A stretch of DNA of 64,000 nucleotides from an uncultured delta proteobacterium (GTDB lineage Bacteria > Desulfobacterota > Binatia > UBA9968), in NCBI GenBank assembly GCA_963745835.1, contig CAVUZH010000022.1, positions 288,001 to 352,000 on the forward strand, read 5' to 3'. This document shows, one piece after another, positions 19,851 to 29,766 of the stretch. The notes beneath the pieces are model-generated. The model did not search any database. It saw nothing but the letters and a program-made list of their open reading frames with translations, and was not told the DNA's origin. A program made the translations under genes and the position numbers. How positions within the stretch are numbered: the first letter of the stretch is position 1; the number at the start of each line of letters is the position of its first letter.

Positions 19851-20252
19851 TCACTGCTCCAATGATCGAACCGCGAGATCGGCGCCGTGTGCCTCCCAAT
19901 TTTTGCCATCGAAGGAGCTGACGTTCACATGCCCAACGGTCGCGGGGTCGAGGCAGCGAACGTTGACACTATAGCCGTCGGGATTAGAACGAGGAACATA
20001 AAAAGGTTTGATGCCACATGTTTTACAGAATAGATGCTTGGCGACGCCGGTGTTGAATGTATATGTTGTTAGATCTGCGGAACCCTGGAGTAACCGGAAT
20101 CGTGATCGCGGCACGATCAGGTGAAGAAAACCGCTTTTGCTGCAGATTGAACAGTTGCATTCCAGCGCATCGATGTCGAGCGCTGCATCGACTTCGAACC
20201 GCACGCGCCCGCAGTGGCAAGCGCCCCTGTGTTGAACAAAATTTTCTTCCAT
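19851..20252 (-). CDS. GFA/CENP-V family protein
   Basis: GACHCGRVRF, CNCSIC, HLFCKTCG, VNVRCLD. Confidence 0.93.
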   Translation of the reverse strand: MEENFVQHRGACHCGRVRFEVDAALDIDALECNCSICSKSGFLHLIVPRSRFRLLQGSADLTTYTFNTGVAKHLFCKTCGIKPFYVPRSNPDGYSVNVRCLDPATVGHVNVSSFDGKNWEAHGADLAVRSLEQ

Positions 20253-20284
20253 GAATGACCTGCGGAGCTGCCCGGACCGGCGCC

Positions 20285-22567
20285 TCAACTCGGATATCGG
20301 CCTGAACCTTTACTGGCTTTCAACGACACGCCTGAAGTCTGAGCCAATGATTGCAGCAGCTCGGTCACCTCGGCGTCGCTGCGCAGGTTGTGTTGCGCCT
20401 GGGTCCCGGCCACGCCGACTCTAATGGAGACTGCCCATTCCGGTAGAACCCTGAATAGATCCTCGTCAGTGAGATCATCGCCGATAGCCATAATGAAGTC
20501 GTAATCTTTTTCGATGATCCATTTTAATGCCGCGGTTCCCTTATCGACCCCGGCGTTAGTGATTTCGACCACTTTGCTCCCCTGGCGGACATGAAGATCA
20601 GTCTTGGAGATCAGGCTCAACAGATGATCTGTCAGCTCGGCCGCGAGAAAATGGGCCTGTTCAGGATCCGCCGAACGATAGTGCCATGCCACGGAATTCT
20701 CCTTTTCCTCAACAAAAGCGCCGGGCAATCGGTCTGCGTAGATCTCCAGTATCGGCAATAGCTGGCGCATCCATGCCACCGAGAATGGTTTGAAAAGCTG
20801 CCATGTCTCGGCCGCCTTTCTGAACCATGCGCCATGCTCGGCAACCAGGCCGACCCTGAGGTCGCCGAACCACTGCTGCAGAGTCTGGCGATCGCGTCCG
20901 CTTGTGATGATCACGTCATTGATCGGATCGGCGGTTAAAGACCGCAATAGCGCGAGCCTGCTCTCATCCGGTTTCGCCATTTCCGGCGATTTTACCAAAG
21001 GGGTCAGGGTACCGTCATAATCGAGAAACAACGCTCTCCGGCAACTCTTTCGATACTGTTCGACAACCGCCCGCCGCGCCTGTGGCGAAAGCAGTTTGGC
21101 TTCGGTCCGATCTTGGACTTCGCGTAAGGCGACAAGGTTGTTGAGAAAGTCATTCGCCCAGCGCGTGACATGGTACCGTTTCAGGCGCCGCTGCATCACC
21201 TTGTTGCGCCGCTTCTGCTCCTCCAGCGGTGTTTCCAACGCCTCTTTAATGGCGCTGGCAATTTCCGACCGGTTATTTGGATTGATGATGATTGCTTCGG
21301 GCAACTCTTTGGCCGAACCTGCCATCTCGCTAAGGATCAAGACCCCGGTGCCATCGGTCCGCGTAGCCACATATTCCTTGGCGACGAGATTCATTCCGTC
21401 ACGCAGTGGTGTAACCAGACAGACATCGCTTACCGAGTAGAACGCCACCAATGATGAGAACGGCACATGGCGGTACTGATACACCACCGGTGTCCAACCG
21501 ACTCGTCCAAAATGTCCATTAATTTTGCCGACCCGTTCCTCAACTTGTCGCTTCATGCGGTCGTATTGCACGACTCCGATGCGCGAAGGCACGACAATCA
21601 TCAGCAGGACGACCTTTCCGTGGAACTGGGGATTACTTTCCAAGAAAAGCTCATATCCTTGCAGACGGTTCAAAATCCCCTTGGAGTAGTCGAGCCGATC
21701 GACCGACAAGACCACCTTGAACTCGGAAAGCGTGCTACGCAGGGCCTGTACTTCGTGCTGAGTATCAGGCTCAGCGGGCGCACTGGAGTATTTGTCGAAA
21801 TCGATTCCCATCGGGAAGGTGTCGATCCTGACGAGGTGATCGGGTGTCAAGAGTTGGGCCATCTGATGCTCGTAGCCCAAGATGCGCAGAACGCACTGGA
21901 GAAAATGGTGCGTGTACTCGTAAGTATGGAATCCAATCAAGTCAGCGCCCAGCAAGCCTTCCAGAATCTCGCGACGCCATTCTCCCGGGAGAAGACGAAA
22001 CACCTCGAATGAGGGGAATGGGATATGCAAGAAAAAGCCTACAGAAGCTTGAGGCCGCCGGGCTTTGATCAGCCGCGGCAACAACATCAGGTGATAATCA
22101 TGAATCCACAAGATGTCATTGGGCCTGACGACGTCTACCAGCGCATCGCAGAAGGTTTGATTGATCTGTTTGTACTCCGCCCAGTAATTGGACTGATATT
22201 CGGTGAACGTAGGAAAGTAGTGAAACAGCGGCCAAATGGTCGAGTTACAAAATCCGAGGTAGAACTTCTCCATCTGTTCTTCACTGAGAAACACCGGGTA
22301 AGACTGAAAGGAACTGAGCGCCTCTCGGATCAGCTGTCCCTGGAGAGAGACCTCGACCGTGCTTCCCGGCCAGCCGACCCAAAGATGCTCCATACTCAAA
22401 GCCGGCGTTCGCCTGCGGGATTGCATGAATGACGCCAATCCCGTGACGAGGCCACCGGCGCTTTCATGGAAAGTTATCTTTCCGTTCTCGACCTTGACAT
22501 TAAAGGGCAAGCGATTGGAGACAATAACCAGTCGTCGCTCGGACAGTGTCGAATGTATCAAACTCAT
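20285..22567 (-). CDS. Bifunctional trehalose-6-phosphate synthase/phosphatase (OtsA-OtsB fusion)
   Basis: VSNRLP, WIHDYHL, FLHIPFP, DRLDYSKG, RDGMNLVAKEY, then HAD FLDYDGTL and GDDLTDED; start could be up to 22645. Confidence 0.95.
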   Translation of the reverse strand: MSLIHSTLSERRLVIVSNRLPFNVKVENGKITFHESAGGLVTGLASFMQSRRRTPALSMEHLWVGWPGSTVEVSLQGQLIREALSSFQSYPVFLSEEQMEKFYLGFCNSTIWPLFHYFPTFTEYQSNYWAEYKQINQTFCDALVDVVRPNDILWIHDYHLMLLPRLIKARRPQASVGFFLHIPFPSFEVFRLLPGEWRREILEGLLGADLIGFHTYEYTHHFLQCVLRILGYEHQMAQLLTPDHLVRIDTFPMGIDFDKYSSAPAEPDTQHEVQALRSTLSEFKVVLSVDRLDYSKGILNRLQGYELFLESNPQFHGKVVLLMIVVPSRIGVVQYDRMKRQVEERVGKINGHFGRVGWTPVVYQYRHVPFSSLVAFYSVSDVCLVTPLRDGMNLVAKEYVATRTDGTGVLILSEMAGSAKELPEAIIINPNNRSEIASAIKEALETPLEEQKRRNKVMQRRLKRYHVTRWANDFLNNLVALREVQDRTEAKLLSPQARRAVVEQYRKSCRRALFLDYDGTLTPLVKSPEMAKPDESRLALLRSLTADPINDVIITSGRDRQTLQQWFGDLRVGLVAEHGAWFRKAAETWQLFKPFSVAWMRQLLPILEIYADRLPGAFVEEKENSVAWHYRSADPEQAHFLAAELTDHLLSLISKTDLHVRQGSKVVEITNAGVDKGTAALKWIIEKDYDFIMAIGDDLTDEDLFRVLPEWAVSIRVGVAGTQAQHNLRSDAEVTELLQSLAQTSGVSLKASKGSGRYPS

Positions 22568-22899
22568 TTGCGGCTTGTTTTGAATCACCAGTGACTCATG
22601 CTCAGACCAGAGAGGTTGCTGAAAGAGCTGCGCGCAAGGTTGCACTAGAACAATATCATTTCAGTAGCGCTTGTCACGCACATAAACGCCTAATCTTCTG
22701 AACGGCGTTCAAGTTAAAAGCCCGGAGCCACAGTCAATGAGAAGTCCCATGAGTCTCGCCCGAAGATTGCATCGGCATGAGCTTTCTAAATCGCAAAGAA
22801 ATCGACTGAAAAAACCTTCGGTTCTTTTTCGTTCGTGTTATGCTGGAGCAAAAAATTTCCCCTTTAAATCTAAGAAGATAGATCGGTCCTCCCGGCCGA

Positions 22900-22915
22900 T
22901 GGCATATCCGTTGCG
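22900..22915 (+). promoter_or_regulatory. Putative sigma54 -24/-12 promoter
   Basis: TGGCAT-ATCCG-TTGCG, 70 bp upstream of ATG 22985. Confidence 0.55.
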
Positions 22916-22984
22916 TTGAGATTTTTGCTTTATTCACCACCTATCCTGGAACTCTGGTAGACTGGTGAAGAGAGGAGGCACCAT

Positions 22985-23779
22985 ATGCGCACACAAAAGA
23001 ATACCGAGATCACGTTAGGTGATCTCGTGGCTGCAGTGACCGAGGAAGTTAAGCCGCTGTCCGGCAACAAGCGTCGGGTGAACCTGCTGGTCTCATACAT
23101 TTTGCAGGATCTGTTTCTCAGCTGTCGCGTAAAGTTCAAAAATAGATTTGTCGACCGGCATGCCGTTAGAGGTCCGAGATGGCCAGCTGTGGCGCTCGGT
23201 ATCCTTCTACTTGTCGCGCCCAGCTCAAGTTTCGCCGGTGCGGCAAGCGATCAGCTAAAACAATCCGTAGAAAAAATCCAGGCTATTTTGTCTGACCCAT
23301 CGCTAAAAGGGGAAGCCAACAGCGCGAGTCGGCGGCAAAAGCTTAAGGAAGCCGTCAATGAAAGATTCGCTTTTGATGAAATGGCGAAGCGCTCATTGGG
23401 CGCCCAGTGGCAGAAGCGCACCCCATCAGAGCAGCAGGAGTTTGTCCGGCTGTTCACGGATCTGCTCGAAGGCGCCTACTTGAGCAAATTGGAAGAGTAC
23501 AGCGGCGAAAAAATACAGTTCCTCAACGAGCGACAGGAAAAAGACTTTGCTGAAGTCAAGACAAAACTAATCAACAAAAAGGGTGAAGAATTCGCACTTG
23601 ATTACCGGCTTCTTAGCGTCAATGGCGACTGGAAGGTTATCGATGTCGTAATTGAAAACATTAGTTTAGTTAATAACTACCGCTCACAATTCAATCGCGT
23701 GCTGTCGAGGTCATCTTTCGAGGATTTGGTTCAGGCGATGAAAGAAAAGAAAATAAGCGCTCCGGTAGCGAGCAAGTAG
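22985..23779 (+). CDS. MlaC/Ttg2D-family phospholipid-binding protein with N-terminal extension
   Basis: FAFDEMAKRSLG..W, WKVIDVVIENISLVNNYRSQF. Confidence 0.85.
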   Translation: MRTQKNTEITLGDLVAAVTEEVKPLSGNKRRVNLLVSYILQDLFLSCRVKFKNRFVDRHAVRGPRWPAVALGILLLVAPSSSFAGAASDQLKQSVEKIQAILSDPSLKGEANSASRRQKLKEAVNERFAFDEMAKRSLGAQWQKRTPSEQQEFVRLFTDLLEGAYLSKLEEYSGEKIQFLNERQEKDFAEVKTKLINKKGEEFALDYRLLSVNGDWKVIDVVIENISLVNNYRSQFNRVLSRSSFEDLVQAMKEKKISAPVASK

Positions 23780-23871
23780 CCGACGCAAGACTACGATCAC
23801 TGATTCTGTGGCTTCGCAGAGTTCGCGATAGCTTGCAGCAATCTCGTAAGTCTAAAATCAGGAAGGTTCCG

Positions 23872-24099
23872 ATGAAAAAACTTGTCTTGGTAGCGCTGCT
23901 CATAACAGGTCTCACGCAATCGGGATGCGAGTTTCTCGCGGGAACCGTCGTAGGAGCCGGCGCCGCTGGAGGCGGTTACGAATATCAGGCCTACCGTCAG
24001 ATGCAGCAGTTGGAAGAAGATTATAAAAACAGGAGAATATCTCGCGAAGAATATGAAGACCGCAAAAAACAGATTGAGAAGGGCTCGATCATTTACTAA
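23872..24099 (+). CDS. Small lipoprotein
   Basis: MKKLVLVALL..QSGC lipobox; ISREEYEDRKKQI SHOCT-like end. Confidence 0.7.
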   Translation: MKKLVLVALLITGLTQSGCEFLAGTVVGAGAAGGGYEYQAYRQMQQLEEDYKNRRISREEYEDRKKQIEKGSIIY

Positions 24100-24493
24100 C
24101 CGCCGCGATCCTTAAGTTATCTATAGGGTCTGTGGCCTGCTCTCGGGAGCGCCTGTTCGCAGCCCGGCAGACGATGTCAATCCGCCAGCGTTAAACTACT
24201 AATAAACAGCTTCGTTCCTCGTCACCTTCGCGATCTCAAATCAGCTATCTTTTCGGCTGGATCGCGGTCTTTGCCTGACAGATGTTTGATAGTCCGTATC
24301 TTATCCGAGCCAGAGGTGGTAGGATCACATCCTGCTGCTATCTGAAAAACATTCTGTGTTGGTTCCTATTTGCAGCCACAGCGACACGCTTTCATTATAA
24401 CCGCCGGTTGCTCGAGGTAGCAATTTGCTTCGAGAACTGTGGATCCACTGGGTAATCATTCCCTCGGTTAAGTTCCAGAATGGAGAATTCTAA

Positions 24494-25006
24494 ATGATGT
24501 TCACTGTTGGAGCTAAAGTCGTTTACCCGAGCCGTGGCCCCTGTCTAATCGGCGAAGTCGTTAAAAAGGTGGTCGGCGGGCAAACCATGAAATTCTATCC
24601 TCTGGCACTACTGGATGATAGCAAAGGCGAGTTGTTCGTGCCCGTGGAAAATATTGCCGATTCACATTTGCGCGCCTTGCTTGATCGTTCGGAAATTCCC
24701 CAACTGCTGCGGCGACTCGAGAAGATACCGATAACGACAAAGAAGCCTGGCCCCGTCAAGAATTGGCGTCAGCGCAATACCGACAATGCAAAGTTACTGA
24801 ACTCAGGTTCGGCGTTCGACCTGGCTGCCGTCATCGAATCATTGACCAGCCTGAACGAGGCTAAATCGCTATCGCCGTACGAGCGGGAGATGATGGCACG
24901 AGCCCGGAAGCTGTTGGTTTGCGAGATCTCCGAAGTGACTGGCGAGAGTAAAAGTGTGGTGGAAGAACAGATTACCGATGCCCTTCACCTCGGCAAAACG
25001 GTTTGA
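24494..25006 (+). CDS. CarD-family transcriptional regulator
   Basis: FTVGAKVVYP..G, WRQR, ARKLLVCEIS. Confidence 0.85.
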   Translation: MMFTVGAKVVYPSRGPCLIGEVVKKVVGGQTMKFYPLALLDDSKGELFVPVENIADSHLRALLDRSEIPQLLRRLEKIPITTKKPGPVKNWRQRNTDNAKLLNSGSAFDLAAVIESLTSLNEAKSLSPYEREMMARARKLLVCEISEVTGESKSVVEEQITDALHLGKTV

Positions 25007-25121
25007 GGCCGGATTTGAAGCTCGCCCGATTTCGTTCCGGCGCGCAACGCAGAAAGACTGAGCGCATGCCCAAAGCGAAAGGCGTCGATCGCTCCAACGA
25101 TGGCAAGGAAGGTCTTTAAGG

Positions 25122-25385
25122 TTGGATCTCCTCACGCGGATGTTTTTGGGTGCTATTGCCGGTTGGTTGACCGGAATAGCCGCTGACGGAGAACGGGCCG
25201 GCAGAGCCAGCCCAGGCAACAACCGGCTGCGCGATATTATTTTTGGTGTGATCGGCGCGCTGGTTGGCCACTCATTGTTTTTCTGGGTCATCATTGGGAG
25301 CAGTTCTTTCGGCACCTATGCAACCGCGGTTCTTGGCGCCATCGCTGTGGTCGGAGCGGCTCGCCTGATTGGAGCACGGCTGTAA
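25122..25385 (+). CDS. GlsB/YeaQ/YmgE-family stress membrane protein
   Basis: GAIAGWL..DIIFGVIGALVG..AVLGAI. Confidence 0.75.
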   Translation: MDLLTRMFLGAIAGWLTGIAADGERAGRASPGNNRLRDIIFGVIGALVGHSLFFWVIIGSSSFGTYATAVLGAIAVVGAARLIGARL

Positions 25386-25431
25386 CGTGCTCGCCGCACC
25401 GTCGATTAGACGTTTCCCAACTGTAAGCAGC

Positions 25432-25650
25432 TAACCTAATCCGACATTATTCGAACCCCGCGAGGACGGCGAGCCCTACAGCCGTGGGCAATGGGACAGT
25501 GCCTTGAAGGCCACCCCGCATTCCCCTAAACGTGATGTTTGGTACGTCGGGGCCTTAGAGCCAACTGCGTGCTCGACTGCCCACGGCTTGCAGTCTCGCC
25601 GTCCTCGCTCACTGCTGACAACGCTCAACTATTGTTGTCGGATTAGGCTA
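25432..25650 (-). mobile_element. Element family A, copy 3 (reverse orientation)
   Basis: taacctaatccgaca ... tgtcggattaggcta; its end overlaps the TAG stop of the ABC permease. Confidence 0.85.
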
Positions 25651-26415
25651 ATTGGTCAGACGTTGGCGCACGGCGCGTCTTGCCCACATCAGCAGCAAGC
25701 ACGAGCCCGCTAGCGAGTAGGCAATATCCCACAGGGCCACCACACTAAAATTTCCGCTGAAGGCGGCACGCGCAAGTCGTACCGGGTGAAGCAGCGGCAA
25801 CGCCTCGGCAATCCACAGCCAGCCTGGCGATAATCTCTCTTCCAACGGGAAAAACACATCCGAGAACAAAAAGAGCGGCGTTAAAAATAGAGTAAAGTAA
25901 AAGCTGAAGGAATCTATATTGGGAATGCGCAGCGAGAATGTTATGCCGATTGCGGCAAAGAGCAACCCGGTAAGCGGGATCACCAGTAACGCCCATAGAG
26001 AAGACGGAAAGGGCGTCAGGCCAAACAGCGCTAGAACGATGAAGAAGCAACCGCCGTAGATGCATGCGCGGGTCATCGCCCACAAGACTTCCCCGGTGAG
26101 AATGTCGTCGGGTTCTATGGGAGTTGTCAGCATCGCGTCGTAAGCCTTTTCGAATGTCAGCCGCACATAGATATTGTAAGTGACTTCGTAGCTCGCGCCA
26201 TTCATGGCCGCTACACAAACTAGGCCCGGCGCGATGAACCCAACATAGGAAAGCCCTTCCATTTGCGAGATGTAAGCGCCTACTCCAACGCCAATGGAAA
26301 AAAGATAGAACACCGGCTCAAAAAAATTGGGCAGCAGATTCCACATCCAGGTGCGCCGGTACATGGCTGCGTTTCGCAACCAAACCGCCAATGCATATGC
26401 AGGTGAAAGGTTCAT
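25648..26415 (-). CDS. ABC-2 exporter permease (NodJ-like)
   Basis: EPVFYL, YVGFIAPGL, PLFLFSDVFFP, LPLLHPV. Confidence 0.88.
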   Translation of the reverse strand: MNLSPAYALAVWLRNAAMYRRTWMWNLLPNFFEPVFYLFSIGVGVGAYISQMEGLSYVGFIAPGLVCVAAMNGASYEVTYNIYVRLTFEKAYDAMLTTPIEPDDILTGEVLWAMTRACIYGGCFFIVLALFGLTPFPSSLWALLVIPLTGLLFAAIGITFSLRIPNIDSFSFYFTLFLTPLFLFSDVFFPLEERLSPGWLWIAEALPLLHPVRLARAAFSGNFSVVALWDIAYSLAGSCLLLMWARRAVRQRLTN

Positions 26416-27350
26416 GAGCCTCCCTCGAGCCGAGTACCGGTGAGTGACAAATAGACGTCTTCCAAATTTGTCGGTCGCACGATGATTGGCCGGCGATCGC
26501 CGTGATCGCTATGACGTATGTGCTCAATCAGGCCGCTGGTGTTTTCCAGGTAAATCATCAACCGCTGGCCGATCCGCAGGCACTGTGCATTGGCGGCAAA
26601 ACCATCTAACAGCGCCGCTTCTTCTTCGATTGAACAATCGAGCTCGATCGTTTCTGCCGCCAGCGCCGCAATGAGTTCTGCCGGCGCGCCCGAGCGAATG
26701 ACTTTTCCGGCAGAAATCACGGCGACCCGATCACACAGACGCTGCGCCTCGTCCATATAATGCGTCGTGACCAGTACGGTGGTGCCGGATGCGCGCAGCT
26801 CACGGATTCGCGACCATAAAGCGAGCCGAACTGCCGGATCGAGGCCTGTCGTCGGTTCATCGAGAATCAGCAGTTCAGGACCGTTGATCAGAGACAAAGC
26901 AATCGCCAGGCGGCGCTGAAAGCCGCCGGACAGGCGTTTCACTGGAACATCGGCATGGGAACGCAGCTCGAGAAAGTCGATCAATTCTTCGGCCCGGCGC
27001 GACAGCTCCGGCTCGTGCAACAGGTGATACCGGCCGAATACCCGCAGGTTCTCTTTCGGCGATAGCGCCTCGATCAAGACGTTTTGTTGCAACGTGACGC
27101 CAAGCCGGGCGCGCACAGCTCGGGAATTCCGACCGATATCCATGCCGAAAACCACGATGGTCCCGCTGGAAGGCTGGGTGACGCCGTAGATCATCCGCAA
27201 TGTGGTGGTTTTCCCGGCGCCATTGGGTCCGAGCAAACCGAAACAAGTCCGAGCCGGTACTTCCAGATCGAGATTATCGACCGCCATACGATCGCCGAAC
27301 TGTTTGGAAACGGAGTGAATCTCTATAACGGGTGCGTTTGAAGGGATCAT
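26412..27350 (-). CDS. ABC transporter ATP-binding protein (NodI-like)
   Basis: GPNGAGKTT, LSGG, LDEPTTGLDP, TTHYMDEA. Confidence 0.92.
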   Translation of the reverse strand: MIPSNAPVIEIHSVSKQFGDRMAVDNLDLEVPARTCFGLLGPNGAGKTTTLRMIYGVTQPSSGTIVVFGMDIGRNSRAVRARLGVTLQQNVLIEALSPKENLRVFGRYHLLHEPELSRRAEELIDFLELRSHADVPVKRLSGGFQRRLAIALSLINGPELLILDEPTTGLDPAVRLALWSRIRELRASGTTVLVTTHYMDEAQRLCDRVAVISAGKVIRSGAPAELIAALAAETIELDCSIEEEAALLDGFAANAQCLRIGQRLMIYLENTSGLIEHIRHSDHGDRRPIIVRPTNLEDVYLSLTGTRLEGGS

Positions 27351-27518
27351 GCAGAACCATCGCTGCTGAAAATATCTCTTAAAATCTGACCTATCTTCGC
27401 TCGAACCACAAGGTGCCCACTATCGAGGACGGCCCAGAATATCAATCAACTACGGAACAGTTCTGAGAGAAATGTCGCAAGGCGGAGACTAAGGTATTGA
27501 CCCAAGACGTTTTTGTAC

Positions 27519-27534
27519 TGGCACCTCGCTTGCA
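27519..27534 (+). promoter_or_regulatory. Putative sigma54 -24/-12 promoter
   Basis: TGGCAC-CTCGC-TTGCA upstream of the ferritin-like pair. Confidence 0.7.
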
Positions 27535-27647
27535 CAAATTACTTCGCACATCTTCTGCTTCGAAATTTCTGTACAACTTAAATTTTGTTACGCCGCCGTA
27601 AAGCGGCTGACTAACACTGTAACTGTTCCAGACGAAAGGAGAGCGGT

Positions 27648-28847
27648 ATGAGTTTAGACTTGATGAAGGAAAAAGGAGTGGGCTTGGAGGAACAAAAATT
27701 CAACTGGCGCGATATCGCCGGGGTGCCGACCAGCAAACTAGACAGCGATGCTTTTACTCGGGTGCGGATTATCCTGATGAACGGCATCGAATCCGAGGCG
27801 CTGCGGTTTCAACACGCCTGCGCCCGCATGAATAAAGAATTGCAGCTTGCCTTGGCGCGGGTGCGGCGCATCGAACAACATCAACAAACCATGGTCAATT
27901 GGCTGTTGCCGGCCGATCTTTCGCCGCTGGAAACAACCATCGGTTTTGAGCAGGTCGCTATTGAAGTGACCGCGAGCGTAGCGGAACACGAACCCGATCC
28001 GTACCTGGCCCAGGTTTACCGCTTCGGGCTGCTCGAAGATTTCGATCATATGTATCGCTTCTCAGCCTTGATGGACCGAGTTACGGGTTGTGATGCCAAT
28101 AATATTCTCCAGAGTTATTCCGACATCTTGCCTGGGCGCCCCACCGCGGTGGAACACCGCGCGCCGGAAGACGATTTACGCGAACCTTACGACCGCACGA
28201 AGGCGGCGCCGATCAGCAAGCTTAACGCGGCGACGATTATGGCCGGCGAACATCAAACGCATGACTATTACATGACCATCGGGCCTATGTTTGCCGACCC
28301 CATAGCCCGGCAACTCTATGCCGAAATCGCTTCTATTGAAGAACAACATGTCACTCAGTACGAATCGATCATCGACCCGGAGGAGACTTGGCTCGAGAAG
28401 TGGCTGATGCACGAAGCCAGCGAAATCTATAATTACTACAGCTGCCTGCAGTATGAGAGCCATCCCAAGGTGAAGGCAATCTGGCAACGCTTCCTCGACT
28501 ACGAGCTAGGTCACTTCCATTATGTGCTCGATTTATTCAAAAAATTCGAAAAGCGTGACCCAGCCGAGATTATCCCGCAATCACTGCCCGAGCCGATCGA
28601 ATACCGAAGCCATCGCGAATTCGTGCGCAAGACGCTGAGCGAGGAAGTCGATTTACGCGCGCGCAAGACCCAGTTTATCGACAAAGATGACGAAGGCGCC
28701 GACTCGCCGTCGGTGGTTTACCGCGAACAAATGAATTCAAAAGGCTCGCCGTCCGAAACCGTTGCCGCCGGCTACCAGTGGAAGCCAGGCACCGAGTTGG
28801 CGGAAGAAACTCCCGATATCAAAAAGTTGCAAACCAAAGTCGCGTAA
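27648..28847 (+). CDS. Ferritin-like protein with repeated ExxH motifs
   Basis: IEQHQQ, EDFDH, EEQH, ELGH carboxylate/His motifs; RBS GGAGA. Confidence 0.7.
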   Translation: MSLDLMKEKGVGLEEQKFNWRDIAGVPTSKLDSDAFTRVRIILMNGIESEALRFQHACARMNKELQLALARVRRIEQHQQTMVNWLLPADLSPLETTIGFEQVAIEVTASVAEHEPDPYLAQVYRFGLLEDFDHMYRFSALMDRVTGCDANNILQSYSDILPGRPTAVEHRAPEDDLREPYDRTKAAPISKLNAATIMAGEHQTHDYYMTIGPMFADPIARQLYAEIASIEEQHVTQYESIIDPEETWLEKWLMHEASEIYNYYSCLQYESHPKVKAIWQRFLDYELGHFHYVLDLFKKFEKRDPAEIIPQSLPEPIEYRSHREFVRKTLSEEVDLRARKTQFIDKDDEGADSPSVVYREQMNSKGSPSETVAAGYQWKPGTELAEETPDIKKLQTKVA

Positions 28848-28866
28848 ATAAACCAGGAGACCATCT

Positions 28867-29745
28867 ATGGAAACACATGAAATGGACGTTCTGTCAGATT
28901 CGAAACACGAAATTCTCGGTAATCGCACCGGAATTATGACCAATCCAGAACTCAGCATAGAAATGATCGAGGGAGCAAAACAGACGAGTCCAAGCTCACA
29001 AGGTGATGCCACAGAGCTGGCATCGGTTAAGGCCGAATATATAGAGGAGGCGGTGCCGATCGGCTCAGCACCGGTTATGGTGGAAGTTTCTGAAAATGGT
29101 GAGAGTGTCGGACAATTCGATGGACTAGCCGTTTTACTCGACAAGTTAGGCGAACGACTGGCGTTTGAAAGGCAAGGCACTCGCCTCTATGAGGCGTTCC
29201 TACAGAAATGCGAGTCGCTTAAGCTGGATACCGCGTCGGGGCCTTCTGCCGAAGAACTGCGCCACATCTGCGCCGAAGAACTGGAGCATTTTCACCTGCT
29301 GCAAAATGCCATCACCGCTTTGGGCGGGGATGCCACGGTACAGACGCCGTCGGCGGATGTCGCCGGGGTATTGAGTCATGGCGTCATGCAGGTGGTCAGT
29401 GATCCCCGGACCACAATTCCGCAGACCTTGCAGGCGATGCTCACGGCAGAGCTAGTCGATAACGATGGGTGGCAAATGCTTCAAGATCTTGCCGCAGAGC
29501 TGGGGCAGGACGATCTCGAAGAACAGTGCCGCAGAGCGTACGAGGAGGAACAAGAGCATCTGGAGAAAGTTCGCGATTGGCTGACAGGCATGACGATGGA
29601 CGAAGTTTCAGGATCGACCGAAGTGCTCGATGCTTCAGAAGAGGAAGAAGATACCCAACAGAAGCGATCAGCCAAAGCGTCGACACGGTCGCGCAAGACC
29701 AAGAGCTCCAGTTCATCTAAAAGCAAGAAGAAGAAAAAAAGATAG
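28867..29745 (+). CDS. Ferritin-like domain protein with acidic then basic tail
   Basis: ERLAFER.GTRLY, EELEH, AELVDNDGW, EEQEH; ends KSKKKKKR. Confidence 0.8.
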   Translation: METHEMDVLSDSKHEILGNRTGIMTNPELSIEMIEGAKQTSPSSQGDATELASVKAEYIEEAVPIGSAPVMVEVSENGESVGQFDGLAVLLDKLGERLAFERQGTRLYEAFLQKCESLKLDTASGPSAEELRHICAEELEHFHLLQNAITALGGDATVQTPSADVAGVLSHGVMQVVSDPRTTIPQTLQAMLTAELVDNDGWQMLQDLAAELGQDDLEEQCRRAYEEEQEHLEKVRDWLTGMTMDEVSGSTEVLDASEEEEDTQQKRSAKASTRSRKTKSSSSSKSKKKKKR

Positions 29746-29766
29746 CTCTAGCTCAGAGCGCGGCTA

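Noticed and set aside
24307-24337. tRNA 3'-half-like hairpin (GAGGTGGTAGGATCACATCCTGC)
   Set aside because: T-loop deviates from TTCRA and no acceptor or D arm can be built; at most a decayed remnant.
27362-27372. Additional family B element end (GCTGCTGAAAA)
   Set aside because: Isolated match without a partner end or core.
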